Source of the DNA: Octopus sinensis
Lineage: Eukaryota
DNA length: 64,000 nt
Direction: 5' to 3'
Assembly: GCF_006345805.1 (NCBI RefSeq)
Contig: NC_043018.1
Coordinates: 10,602,001-10,666,000 of the forward strand
Part shown: positions 24,026-36,867 of the stretch, piece by piece
Layout of the letters: each line of letters opens with the position of its first letter
Numbering within the stretch: the first letter of the stretch is position 1
The notes under the pieces: generated by a model
The model's input: only the letters and a program-made list of their open reading frames with translations
The model's database searches: none
Told to the model about the DNA's origin: nothing
Position numbers and translations under genes: made by a program

Positions 24026-24389
24026 TGTATGTATGTATCTGTGTAAAGACAGACTAACGGGCGCACACACATCCAGGCACACACAGAACTACAGGCAGTC
24101 GTACATTTTTGGGGGGGAGGGCGAAAAAGGAGGGTATTGGGATCATTGTTGAAACAGGCAGGAAAAAAATTTGATAGGAAAAAAGCAAAAAAAAATAAAA
24201 TAACAGTAATGAATGAATAAGTACAGAAGAGGGTTGGGGGAGTGTGTGATTGGGTGTTGAGTGGAATAGGGGAAAGACCAGGTTGCTAAGAGAGAGAGAG
24301 AGAGAGAGAGAGAAGGAAAAGAAGAAGAAAAGAGAGACAGAGCTGATGATGATGGTGATGGTGATTATGTTGAAGGATAGCAAGGAGTA

Positions 24390-24529
24390 ATGGGAGAAGA
24401 AGAAGAAGAAGAAGAAGAAGAAGGAGGAGAGGAAGAAGAAGAAGGAGAGGAAGAAGAAGAAGAAGAAGAAGAAGAAGAAGAAGAAGAGAGGAAGAAGGAG
24501 AGGAAGAAGAAGTGGAAGAAGAAGAGGAA

Positions 24530-24563
<34 letters not shown>

Positions 24564-24745
24564 GAGAAGAAGAAGAAGAAGAAGAAGAAGAAGAAGAAGA
24601 AAGAAGAAGGAGAGGAAGAAGGAGAGGAAGAAGAAGTGGAAGAAGAAGTGGAAGAAGGAGAGGAAGAAGAAGTGGAAGAAGAAGAGGAAGAAGGAGAGGA
24701 AGAAGAAGTGGAAGAAGAAGAGGAAGAAGGAGAGGAAGAAGAGAA
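24390..24745. repeat. (GAA)n/GAAGGAGAG purine array
   Basis: Directly visible. Confidence 0.95.
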
Positions 24746-24821
24746 TCTATCAACACTGTTAACCTCGACATTTATGAAAGAGCCTAAGTTTCCAACGAGG
24801 GCGCAGAAACACTGTAGTCAC

Positions 24822-24909
24822 CTGTCCCATTCGGTGACAGATGGCGTTCATTGAATCGGAAAGGCGACCACAAAAAAACCTATCAAAAGAAAATGTGTCT
24901 GGAAGACAT
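24822..24909 (-). CDS. Candidate internal exon (CLPDTFSFDRFFCGRLSDSMNAICHRMGQ)
   Basis: Acceptor cttttatttggcag|, donor ACAG|gtgact, one open frame, non-repeat context. Could be chance. Confidence 0.15.
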
Positions 24910-25179
24910 CTGCCAAATAAAAGATTGCTATGGCTTCTTCTGTTGTGCTTATTGATGACCTAAATAGTTTCTAGACTGGCATCAACCAGTTTCAGGCAAT
25001 GTTAATGGACGTGTTAAGGCTTCGACTCGCTTGATAAGCAGAGAGGAGAAGACACGCTTATATACACGCGTCAGTGTTTTGTTACATTCGCTAACGTCAA
25101 TGTACTTCTCTTATTAGCAAATGATACTCTTTTCTTTTTTATTACGAGCCGATAGTGTGGGCCTATCTTATTAGCAAAT

Positions 25180-27090
25180 CATAATGTCCGTATTGTATTA
25201 GCATACGATAATGTACCAATTTTATTTGAAGCCCGTAATAGCGTATCTAGCTTATTAACAGTCGATATGGCACCAATCTCTTTAGCAGACGATAATGCAT
25301 CTTTAGTTTAAGCGCCTTTTGTTTTATCAGACATTAATGCACCTCTGGTTTTGTCGGAGATAATTCACCGATTGTTTTAGCAGACGATGGTGCACCTACA
25401 GAAGACAATAGTGCAACAATTTCATCATACGATGGTGCACCTATTATTTTAGCAAACAATGATGCATCCTATTGTTTTAGCAAAAAATTAAGTGCCTATT
25501 CTTTTAACAAACAATAAAGCACCTATTGTTTTAGCAGAAGATAATACACTTATAGTTTATCAGACGATAATGCACGGATAGCTGTAAGATCGACAATGCA
25601 TTTATTGTTTTAATAGACGAGAATGAATATATTGCTTTAGCAAGCAATGATGCACCTATTGTTTTAGTAGACGTTAATGCGCCTATTTTATGAGCAGATG
25701 ATAATGTATCTATTGATTTAGCAGAAAATTAAATGCCTATTCTTTTAATAGAAGATAACACACCTATTATTTTAGCAGACGATAACGCACCTATTGTTTT
25801 AGCAGACGATAACGCACCTATTGTTTTAGCTGAAGATAAAACACGTATTTTGAGAGTTATCGATGATATATCTATCTTATATTAACGGTCGTCAGTGTGC
25901 CAATTTTATATGAAGCAGATGGTAGACTTATTTTACTTGCAAACGATATTGTACATTTTTTATTAACAATTATAATGCACTCAGATTAAAATCCGGTATC
26001 CGTGGAAATTGTTCATAATGGTGGTCTGTGTCAACCGGTTATGAGAGTTCAAAGAAAAAGAATAAACTTTTATTGGTTTAGCTGCTGTGAGGAGGTTTGA
26101 AGATTTTAAAGGTTTCGGGACTTAGCCCTTTTTTTCTGACAGTGGTGAAGACGATGGAATGAAAGACAAATGGAAAAGAGAGAATAGTGATGTGGTTTGG
26201 TATGTAAACAAGTAAATGAAGATGATATACCCTAACTTATTGGGAGAAGATAATGTATCTATTAACATTATCAAAGGATAATAATATCGCTATTTCATTA
26301 GCCACTGGTAGTTTGTATAAATAAATACAGGGGCCTGACCGGTCGCTATCTGTTTATACCGATCGCCGTTGAGGTGTCAGCTGTTCGAGGAGCCCGTACT
26401 ACCGGTTTTCTCCGTAAAATAGGGATAACGGCAGCCCGTCGGAGAAATGAGGATGGCTGTTACAGCGAGTGTCGCTGGACATTCTCTGCGGCAACGCCAT
26501 CCCGGTCTTTATTGCGGAACGCGGCTGAACACTCCACTTATTCTGAGATATGTGACCCATCACCCCCTCCTCCCATCTTCCGCTGGTTCCCCCCACCATT
26601 CTTTTTCTTTCTTATACTTTCTTATCTCTCTCCTTTCCCGTTTCTTTATTTTTTTAATGTTCTAATAAAATAAACCGTTTTTTTTTTCCTACTTGCTACT
26701 CCTTAGTATGAAAGGAAGTGAAATTTATTCGGTTTCTGTGATTAAAACTATGTTAAATTCTTTATTTACAAAAAAAATTAGTCATGCCGTTCAGAAAAAG
26801 CAAGACAACTACATCAACAGATGATACTGTGTCGATAAGCAGAGGATAATGTTACTATTTCGCTAAGAGACGAAAGCGTGCCAATTACATTAGCAGAAGA
26901 TAATGTGCATATTAACTTTTATCAACAGACGATAATGTGGTTATCATTAACATACGGTAGCGCGTATATTAAAATATTCAGTGGACATTATGCTTATTAC
27001 ATCAGCAGACGACAATGTGTCCATCAACAGACGATACTGTTACTCTTTCATTAACAGGCGGTAGTGTACCTATTCTTTTTAGCAGACAAC
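25180..27090. repeat. Degenerate ~27-bp minisatellite (gcacctattgttttagcagacgataat) in two blocks
   Basis: Best copies at 25770-25830; degenerate copies at about 25180-26280 and 26790-27090. Confidence 0.75.
26330..26790 (-). mobile_element. GC-richer insertion, possibly an L1/Tx1 5' end or ORF1 fragment
   Basis: Interrupts the 27-bp array; fragmentary translation AAFRNKDRDGVAAENVQRH / DGLPLSLFYGEN is only weakly ORF1-like. Confidence 0.25.
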
Positions 27091-27399
27091 AATGTGTCCA
27101 TTAACTTTATGAATCCCAATCTTTTTCATGGTTTTGGATGGAAGTTATTCTTGAAAACATTCCTTCAACCGTGATATTGCTAAATGGCATGCTACAAACA
27201 GGCATTGTATATTCCAGCAATCCACTCTCAACAGCTGCATTTGAGTTTTACTGCTACTCACAATAATTTCTCCACTTTTAAATTGGTCGTCCAAAGCTAA
27301 AATAGGGGTTTCGAGAGATGGCTCACCTTGACTTACACAATTGTGTATAAATTTTTTAAAAATTTGTTTTGAAAGGTTTTAAGATTTCTAGGTATACCT

Positions 27400-27770
27400 T
27401 ATCGGTATTTCGTCTGTCTTTATGTTCTGAGTTCAAATTCCGCCGAGGTCGACTTTGCCTTTCATCCTTTCGGGGTCGATTAAATAAGTACCAGTTACGC
27501 ACTGGAGTCGATATAATCGACTTAATCCCTTTGTCTGTCCTTGTTTGTCCACTCTGTGTTTAGCCCCTTGTGGATAGTAAAGAAATAGGTATTTCGTCTG
27601 TCTTTACGTTCTGAGTTCAAATTCCGCCGAGGTCGACTTTGCCTTTCATCCTTTCAGAGTCGATAAATTAAGTACCGGTTGCGTACTGGGTTCGATCTAA
27701 TCAACTGGCCCTCTACCCAAAAATTTCGGGCCTTGTGTCTAGAGTAGAAGAGAATATTTCTAGGTATTCA
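27400..27770 (+). mobile_element. SINE family B, dimeric arrangement
   Basis: Unit followed by aagaaataggtatttcgtc and a second body. Confidence 0.85.
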
Positions 27771-28419
27771 GTTCAATAGTTCTTTGCATGCACGTCTTAA
27801 AAAAAAAAAAAAAAGAGAAAGAAAAACCTTAGATTCTTTAGATACACAGAAAATTTGTTTTAATGGAATTTTGCAGGTGAAAATTTTAAAGAACACATAT
27901 CCACAAACATTTCAAGCACCATCTGTTGCAATAATAGATGAACTGTTTTTAATACCAATTCTCACATCGCTCAAGAATTTTTCACGACTTGATACAACAC
28001 TTCAACTGCAGTTTTTGTAAGAAGAATTAACCTTAAAAAACTATGATACACATATAGCCTGCCGTTAATTGTATCATTTAACACACACACACACACATTT
28101 TCTTTTCCAATGTTATTTGAATTAATACGAAAGATATTTTTATCAAAATGTTTTATGTTTTTACTTTTGTTGTAGCTGTATTCTTCCCCCACAACTTTTG
28201 TCTATCATTTTTGAAATCTGATAAAATGTTTCCCCTTTTCAGACGATGGAATGCCATGTAGACAAACAACAACAGAAACAAACAAACATGCAAAAAAAAA
28301 CAAACAAACAAAAAAAAACGAACGAATTTATCTGAAGGCCCATTGGGTTTCTTGTAACAAAACAGCAAAGTTAGAGTAGTAAACATTTGTAGCTTGCCTC
28401 GAAAATTCGTATCGGTGAG

Positions 28420-28592
28420 CTTTGACTGTTCGAAACAAACTTTACAGGCACGGAGGTGCCGTCAACCGAGCATGTCCGAGATGCGCGCAGGTTGACGAGA
28501 CGATCCTGCATGCACTCGTCCAGTGCCCGAGCATTGCTAACCTGTGGGTTTATGTCGAACACCTGTTGTCGCGTGTGCGACAGATCCGGCTG
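28420..28592 (+). mobile_element. L1/Tx1 zf-RVT fragment
   Basis: VRNKLYRHG..CPRCAQVDETILHALVQCPSIANLW. Confidence 0.8.
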
Positions 28593-28871
28593 TGGATCAT
28601 TCTTGCCACATTGTCATGGCGTCTTTTGTATTCGCGTTGTGCCAATTTCAGGCATTTGCTAACGCTGTGCCTTTCCGTTTCATTCCTCTTACCACACATT
28701 CTGCATTTCTTGGTAGTGTTGTCTATTCTTCACTTCATATAGTTGATCCTTAACGCTTGTTCTTGAGCTGCGCATATGAGTGCTTCTGTCTCTATCTTTA
28801 GGTCACTCCTTCTCACCCATAGCCACCGGTCCTCTGTATCTCTCTTGGCGTTCACATGACAAATACAGAGG
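28592..28871 (-). mobile_element. R4/Dong-like (RLE-type) non-LTR retrotransposon fragment
   Basis: WVRRSDLKIETEALICAAQEQALRINYMK*RID..KCRMCGKRNETERHSVSKCLKLAQREYKRRHDNVARMIH: CCHC knuckle plus RHD motif; abuts (ATT)n. Confidence 0.8.
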
Positions 28872-28939
<68 letters not shown>

Positions 28940-28954
28940 CATGGCTATTGCTAA

Positions 28955-29075
28955 TATTCATCTTTGCCTTTCATCCTTTCGGGATCGATAAATTAAGTAC
29001 CAGTTACGCACTGGGGGTCGATGTAATCGACTATCTCCCTCCCCCAAATTTCAGGTCTTGTGCCTATAGTAGAAA
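28955..29075 (+). mobile_element. SINE family B 3' fragment
   Basis: tttgcctttcatcctttcgggatcgataaattaagtaccag. Confidence 0.8.
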
Positions 29076-29077
29076 GG

Positions 29078-29121
<44 letters not shown>

Positions 29122-29137
29122 TATTATTATTATTAAT

Positions 29138-29644
29138 GAGTGAGAGAGCAGTGCATGCCATCAAAGTGACACTGGGGTAAAATATACGAAGCCCAGTATA
29201 CCCATCATGACCACCCGTCTGATAAGGATACACCAGGCACATGCATCACAACCATATGTGTGCGATATGGTGATCTCATATCAAGGTAAACAGCGCATGA
29301 CCTTGCAGGTGGGGCCCAGTTAGAATTTTCTTCAGGTCGAGTAGCCCATCCCACTAAAAAGGTCTCTGAATAGGAGTTGTTTAAGGATGTGGAATGAAGC
29401 ACCCATGTTTCCAAAGGTGAACTATTCAAACCTCAAAGAATCCCTCTCAACACATGGCTATGATGCTCCCCCACTACTTCTGCTCGTGATCAGAGATGCA
29501 CATATCGTCAACCACTAAGGGACATGCTCAACTGGTTAAGGTCAAACAACTGACAAGCAAATCTGTGGTATTGAGCAGAATATTTGCTGTAGCCCATCTT
29601 TTATACCAAGACAAAACAATGTACATGATAACACTTCCAATCAG
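29138..29644 (-). mobile_element. ~505-bp (AAT)n-flanked non-autonomous element, copy 1
   Basis: Homologous to 29724-30230; (ATT)n on both sides. Strand chosen from the presumed (AAT)n tail. Confidence 0.75.
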
Positions 29645-29652
29645 TATTATTA

Positions 29653-29723
<71 letters not shown>

Positions 29724-30230
29724 GAGTGAGAGAGCAGTCCATGCCATCAAAGTGACACTGGGATAAAATATACGAAGCCCAATATACCCATCATGACTAC
29801 CCATCCAATAAGGGTACACCAGACACATTCATCACAACCATATGTGCACGACATGGTGATCATATAGCAAGATAAACAGCACATGACCTTGCAGGTGGGG
29901 CCCAGTTAGAATTTTCTGCAGGTTGAGTAGGCCATCCCGCTCAAAAGGTCCCTGAATAAGGGTTGTTTAAGGATGTTGAAAGAACCACCCATGTTTCCAG
30001 AGGTGAATTATTCAAACACCAAGGAATCCCTCTCAACACATGGCTATGATGCTCCCCCACTACTTCTGCTCATGATCAGAGATGCACATATCGTCAGCCA
30101 CTAAGTGACATGGTCAACTGGTTAAGGTCAAACAACTGACAAGCAAATCTGTGGTATTGAGCAGAATATTTGCTGTAGCCCATCTTTTATACCAAGACAA
30201 AACAATGTACATGATAACACTTCCAATCAG
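29724..30230 (-). mobile_element. ~505-bp (AAT)n-flanked non-autonomous element, copy 2
   Basis: Same ends as copy 1 (gagtgagagagcag...ttccaatcag) with scattered substitutions. Confidence 0.75.
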
Positions 30231-30238
30231 TATTATTA

Positions 30239-30314
<76 letters not shown>

Positions 30315-30326
30315 TATTATTATTAC

Positions 30327-30386
<60 letters not shown>

Positions 30387-30462
30387 TATTACTATTACTA
30401 TTATTATTATTATTATTATTATTACTATTACTATTATTATTATTATTATTATTATTATTGTT

Positions 30463-30496
<34 letters not shown>

Positions 30497-30526
30497 GTTG
30501 TTGTGTTGTTGTTGTTGTTGTTGTTG

Positions 30527-30566
<40 letters not shown>

Positions 30567-30653
30567 CATCTTGTCTTTCGGTATTGTCCTTCATGTCTTG
30601 GGACCTTGTGGCCAATAAAAGAAATCATTATTATTATTAAAGTTGTTATAGTT

Positions 30654-30688
<35 letters not shown>

Positions 30689-30712
30689 TATCAACAGCAT
30701 CATCATCATCAA
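30231..30712. repeat. (ATT)n/(GTT)n/(ATC)n array
   Basis: Directly visible. Confidence 0.95.
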
Positions 30713-30810
30713 AGTACTTTTAAAAATCGATATTAAATGAATAAGAGTATTGAGATTTTACAATGAATTTATGAGAAAAATATTCTAAAATACTTTTGCG
30801 CATGTCAATG

Positions 30811-31320
30811 GGCGCAGACGTGGCTGTGTGGATCTAGGGTTCGGTTGTACTGCGCGGCACCTTAAGCAAGTTTCTCCTGCTATGAGACCAAAACCTTGTG
30901 AGTGGATTTAATGAACGGAAACTGAAAGAAGACAGTTATATAATCGTGTGTGTGCGTGCGTGCTTGCCTTTGTCCCCATCACCGCCTGGCAACCGGTATT
31001 GGTTTGCATACGTCCCCGTAACCATGTTCGAATACTACTGTGCATGCGCACTAAGTTGTAACGCTCTAGCTTACTTCTCCTGTTTACAGCACAGTTTGGA
31101 AGGAAGGTGCATAGCGTGTGATCGTCACATTGATCATGACAGAGAGAGTTGAACAGAGAGTCTTTCTTTCTTTTACTTGGAATAGAATAAGTACCGGGTT
31201 CTTAAAAAAAAAAAAATAATAAGTGCTAGCGTCGATTTGTTCCGCTAAAAATCCCGCTGAAGCTGTTCCCCCAGAATGGCTGCAGTCCAGTTATTGAAAC
31301 AAGTACAAGATATAAATTGA
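30811..31320 (+). mobile_element. SINE family A split by a mariner 5'-end fragment (31028-31150)
   Basis: The SINE stops after cgtccccgtaac and resumes near gaatagaataagtac; the insert matches 33760-33855. Confidence 0.7.
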
Positions 31321-32039
31321 AAGACATGTAATGTTTTCTTTCGACAATTTGTTAGAAACGTTTTGTTAAAGAGTAGCATTTTAATAGCTATTGTATAATA
31401 TAACCCCTAAGCCATGATCAACATTGCAACAAATGCCAACAGAAAGCAAAAGTCCCTAGAATTTCATGTTGCTGGTTCTTCTAAATTTATGCATTTCTTT
31501 TATAAATAGAATCGGTAAATTACAGCATCAAGTCACTTAATTCTTTAATAATTACAAGGTCTCTGTGATTTCATTCGTTTTTTTGGGGTTTTTTTTTTTT
31601 GTTTATTCCTCAAAGATTATACATTCAGAATAGAATGTGAATCAAAGTATTTAAGAATTCAGCAACGTACATTTAATTTAATCTGTTTCTAAATTTTACT
31701 GATTTGCCCCTCCCCACAAAAATATCATTGATATAAAATTTGAAATAAAACAGGAAAGTAGTGTGGGTTGTGTAGCTAAACAAAAGTAGCGCAATCTGTT
31801 GCTTTTATGACGATCTGATGTTCTTGACACTATCATCTGCTCCGATACACTGACGACATTAAAACCGCCGCCGCCGCCGCCGCCACGCACCGCCGACGCA
31901 CGCCGCCGCCAACACAGTCGACACCAGCACACGCAGAAAGACACGTCGACGGACACAAACGCATCGATACCAACACAGACTAACACCGACGCACCAAAAC
32001 CAACACACACACCTGCTTACTAAACACACTAATTTATAC

Positions 32040-33330
32040 TAATGGCAATGCACCAACACCCACACATCAACACGCTCCACCACTAATGCACACACACACA
32101 CACACACACACATACACACACACACACACACCAAACCGTCAGTATCATCACACACTAACACACACACACACACGCACCATTACACGCCAGACAAATATCC
32201 GCAACACACACACGCACACACACACATACAAACACGCACATACACACACTCACCACCAACACGCACATACACACATATATACACACATACTCACATACAA
32301 ACACACACATCATTACACACCAACGTGCCACCACAGACACGCCATCACACACCACCAACACACACACACATACACACACGCACACACGCACATACACCAC
32401 CACCACGCACATACAAACACACACACATACACACGAAACCATCACACACCACACACCACCAACACGCACATTCACACACACACATTATTACACACTAACA
32501 TCAACATACACCCATACACAATCACACACACATACACACATACATGCACACCCATCATTACACACCAACGTGTCACCACAAACACGCCATCACACACCAC
32601 CAACACACACATACTCACACACATACACACACGCATATACACACACCACCAACACGCACTAACACACACAAACACACACTAAACCGTGAATACCATCACA
32701 CGGCTCTAACACACACTAACACACACACACAACCACACACACACTCACACACACACTAACACACGCACACACACACACACACACATCTCTTTCCCCTTCC
32801 GTTGTTCCTTCCCACACCGAAAGTCTGTACAACCTGTTTCTTTTATTTAATCTTTTTCTCAATAAACTCATCCATTCTGATTTGGACGATTTCGTCATAC
32901 ATTGTGTGTGTGTGTGTATATGCGTGTGTGTGTGTGTATATATATATAAGTGTATGCATGTTTGTATATATGTGTGTGTATGTGTATATTAATGTGTATA
33001 TGTGTATATGTGTACATGTGCATGTATGTTTGTAGTTTGTGTATATGTTTGTATATATGTATATATCAATGTGTGTATGAATGTATGTATATATGTATGT
33101 GTATGTATGTTTGTGTATATATGTGTACGCATGTCTATATGTATGTATATGAGTATGTATGTTCGTCTATATATATATATGTGTGTGTGTGTCTGTCTCT
33201 CTGTCTGTGTGTGCATGTATGTGTATATGAATGTGTATATGTGTATGTATGTGTATATGAGTTATATATGTGTATGTATATTTGTGTATATATTTGTGTG
33301 TGTATGTGTATATGTGTGTATGTATGTTTG
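32040..33330. repeat. (CA)-rich then (TG)/(TATG)-rich low-complexity blocks
   Basis: Directly visible. Confidence 0.9.
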
Positions 33331-33620
33331 CATCGGCAATGACACCCCGGTCTTTACTTTGTTATCTCCCCTACTTTCCTTCTCGTGTGTGACCCTTCTG
33401 AACGAGTCAGTCGCCATGATAGATCGTTAGCCACTACACACATTTTTTTCTCTTCTTGTTTCTCTCCTTGTTTTTTTCTGTGTCCCTTTCTGTAGAAGAG
33501 CGTAGGCTCGAAACGTAAAAGACTTTTTCTATTCCTGAGCGTTATACTAATACATCTGTTTGTTTTGTACGCCACCTGTCTTCGTCTTTGTTTTTTTTTT
33601 TTTTCGTAAACTCTCCTTAT
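33330..33620 (+). mobile_element. Non-autonomous PLE-like element with a CUGUAGA hammerhead-like motif (33486-33521)
   Basis: ctttctgtagaagagcgtaggctcgaaacgtaaaag, identical to the motif at 10901-10936. Confidence 0.65.
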
Positions 33621-33654
33621 AAGTGTATGCATGTGTATATGAATGTGTATATGT

Positions 33655-34255
33655 ATGTTCGAGGTATGATCAATAAACATCCGGACTGTTGCCATAGTAA
33701 CGAAGCTAAAGCACTCAGAGTGAAGCCGCTTAGCAAAAATTGACCTTGAACTCTGCTGTGCATGCGCACTAAGTTTTAACGTTCTAGCTCACTTCCGCTG
33801 TTTACAGCAGTGCTTAGAAGGAACGTGTGTAGCGTGTAATCGTCTTATTGACTATGAATCTGCATCAAATTTTGCCAAAAAGCTTGACGATTCTTGCTCA
33901 GAAGCCGATGTAAAGTTGCGGAAGGTGTATGGAGAGGAATGTTTTCAGCTGGAAAAATGTCGACAGCAACGAACGTTCTGGGAGACCCGCAACCAGAACT
34001 GAGAAAAATATCGCAGATGTGCGTGCAGCTGTGAAGGGAAATCGTCGAATCACCATCCGTTTGTTATCAGAGGATGTGCAGATTAGTTACGGTTCAGTTC
34101 AGTCCATTATCACCGAAGATTTAGGTATGAGACGCGTGTCTGCCAAGTTTGTGCCAAAACTGCTTTTAACTGAACAAAAGGACACTTGGGTTTCAGTTGC
34201 ACAAGATCTCCTTGACTATGTCGAGAACGATGAAAAACCTTTTGAAAAATTTACG
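33655..34255 (+). mobile_element. Mariner transposon 5' half
   Basis: TIR-like cgaggtatgatcaataaacatccggact; ERSGRP.T..RRITIR.LSE..IS.GSVQSII.EDLGMRRVSAKFVPKLL. Confidence 0.85.
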
Positions 34256-34306
34256 GAGGCCTTTGAACAGGAATCGCCAAGCTTTTGGCAAACTTTGATA
34301 CAGATG

Positions 34307-34712
34307 GGCGCAGGAGTGGCTGTGTGGTAAGTAGCTTGCTTATCAACCACATGGTTCCGGGTTCAGTCCCACTGCGTGGCATCTTGGGTAAGTGTCTTCT
34401 GCTATAGCCTCGGGCCGACCAATGCCTTGTGAGTGGATTTGGTAGACGGAAACTGAAAGAAACCCGTCGTATATATGTATATATATGTATGTATGTGTGT
34501 GTGTGTGTATTTGTGTGTTTGTCCCCCTAGCATTGCTTGACAACCGATGATGGTGTGTTTACGTCCCCGTAACTTAGCGGTTCGGCGAAAGAGACCGATA
34601 GAATAAGTACTGGGCTTCCAAAGAATAAGTCCTGGGGTCGATTTGCTCGACTAACGGCGGTGCTCCAGCATGGCCACGGTCAAATGACTGAAACAAGTAA
34701 AAGAAAGAAAGA
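34307..34712 (+). mobile_element. SINE family A, full length
   Basis: Complete head, CORE-like segment, (TG)n linker and gtaaaaga tail. Confidence 0.9.
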
Positions 34713-34721
34713 CTCTCTGTT

Positions 34722-34933
34722 CAACTCTCTCTGTCATGATCAATGTGACGATCACACGCTACGCACCTTCCTTCCAAGCTGTGCTGTAAACAGGAGAAGT
34801 AAGCTAGAACGTTACAACTTAGTGCGCATGCACAGTAGTATTCGAGGTCAATCTGTGCCAAGCACCTTCACTCTGCGGGCTTTATCTTCGTTACTATGGC
34901 AACAGTCCGGATACTTATTGATTAGACCACGTA
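34722..34933 (-). mobile_element. Inverted mariner 5' end
   Basis: Reverse complement of 33655-33855. Confidence 0.8.
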
Positions 34934-35369
34934 TATTTGTGTATATATGTGTATGCATACATGTGAGGGTGTATACGTGTATGTATGTTTGTGCATATAT
35001 GTGTGTATACGTGTATGAATGTACGTATGAATGTACATACGTGTGCGTGTATGGGTATATATGTGTGTATGCTTGCGTGTGTGTTTATAATGTATGGATA
35101 TATGTGTATATAGGTGTAAGAACGCATATATGCATGCGTATGCGTGTGTATATATCTAAATATGTTTGTGTATAGTTATATACATATGGGTAGATATATG
35201 TATATGTACATCTGTGCATATACTCGTGTATGTATGTGTGTGTCTGTGTATCAATATATATGTGTGTATGCATAAATGCATGTATGTATATGTATGTATA
35301 TGGATGTATACAAGTGTGTGTGTATGTACGTATATATATACATATATATATATACATATATATATATAC

Positions 35370-35400
<31 letters not shown>

Positions 35401-35740
35401 CATATATATATGTATATATATATATGTATGTTTACATATATATGTATGTAAGAATGCGTGTATATATATATATGTGTGTGTGCGTGTGTGTGTATGTATA
35501 TATGTATATATATATATACATATATATATACATATTTGTGTGTTTGTGTAAGTGTCTCTGTGTGCGTGCGTGTTTGTGTGCATGTGTGTGTGTGTGTGCG
35601 CGCGCGCGCGTGTGTGTTTATGTATATGTATTCCAGGACAGCCTTTTTTCAAATGGTATTTTATATTATTTTGGTGACATCCTATCGCATAAGGAGGCAG
35701 TACCTTGATGGCCTGTGTATGTATGTATGTATGTATGTAT

Positions 35741-36790
35741 TATGTTGCATGGTCGGGGTCTTCGGCGACTAAACCGGTAACCCCACCAAGCTTGCTTGGT
35801 GAGGAGGGTGTTTATTGGACACCCTCTCGATGAAAAACAAAACCCGTCAAAGGCGGAGGAACTCTTGAGAGTCAACAGCCATCCAATAATTGTCTTAAGG
35901 CTGTATCATGTGCGGGGACATAGAAATAATCGGACTGAATACCTGATCGTGTGGTTAAACCATTGGGAGTGAAGGACTCCTAGCCTTTGTTAGGGCATCC
36001 TTCTAGGAGAAGGTAACTCAGGTAACTGGGATAACTCCGACATAAAACCTGCGGCACAGTGGTTACCGATGATGTTGACTTGTTCTTCTTTTCGGATTAT
36101 GGCTGCTGTTGCTTAGTAAGTGGGATTGACTCAGTGCACAGCCTTTCCTCACTTTAAAAAAATCTTCTTGCACAATTATTGCACGATAGCAACATTGATT
36201 AAGCTTCGTGCAATGGCCATACTCGATAACGAGAGGGCAGCCACCATGTATGTATGTATGTATGTGTGTATGTATGTATGTATGTATGTATTATGTTGCA
36301 TGTCGGGGTCTTCGGCGACTAAAAACCGGTAACCCCACCAAGCTTGCGTGGTGAGGAGGGTGTTTATTGGACACCCTCTCGATGAAAAACAAACCCGTCA
36401 AAGGCAGGAACTCTTGAGAGTCAACAGCATCCAATAATTGTCTAAGGCTGTATCATGTGCGGGGACATAGAAATAATCGGACTGAATACCTGATCGTGTG
36501 GTTAAACCATTGGGAGTGAAGGACTCCTAGCCTTTGTAGGGCATCCTTCTAGGAGAAGGTAACTCAGGTAACTGGGATAACTCCGACATAAACCTGCGGC
36601 ACAGTGGTTACCGATGATGTTGACTTGTTCTTCTTTTCGGATTATGGCTGCTGTTGCTTAGTAAGTGGGATTGACTCAGTGCACAGCCTTTCCTCACTTT
36701 AAAAAAATCTTCTTGCACAATTATTGCACGATAGCAACATTGATTAAGCTTCGTGCAATGGCCATACTCGATAACGAGAGGGCAGCCACC
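35741..36790 (+). mobile_element. Tandem pair of a ~505-bp (TATG)n-flanked structured element (RTE-UTR-like)
   Basis: Units 35741-36245 and 36291-36790; motif agggcatccttctaggagaaggtaactc recalls RTE 5' UTRs; several hairpins. Confidence 0.55.
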
Positions 36791-36867
36791 ATGTATGTAT
36801 GTATGTATGTGTGTATGTATGTATGTATGTATGTATGTATGTATGTATGTATGTATGTATGTATGTA

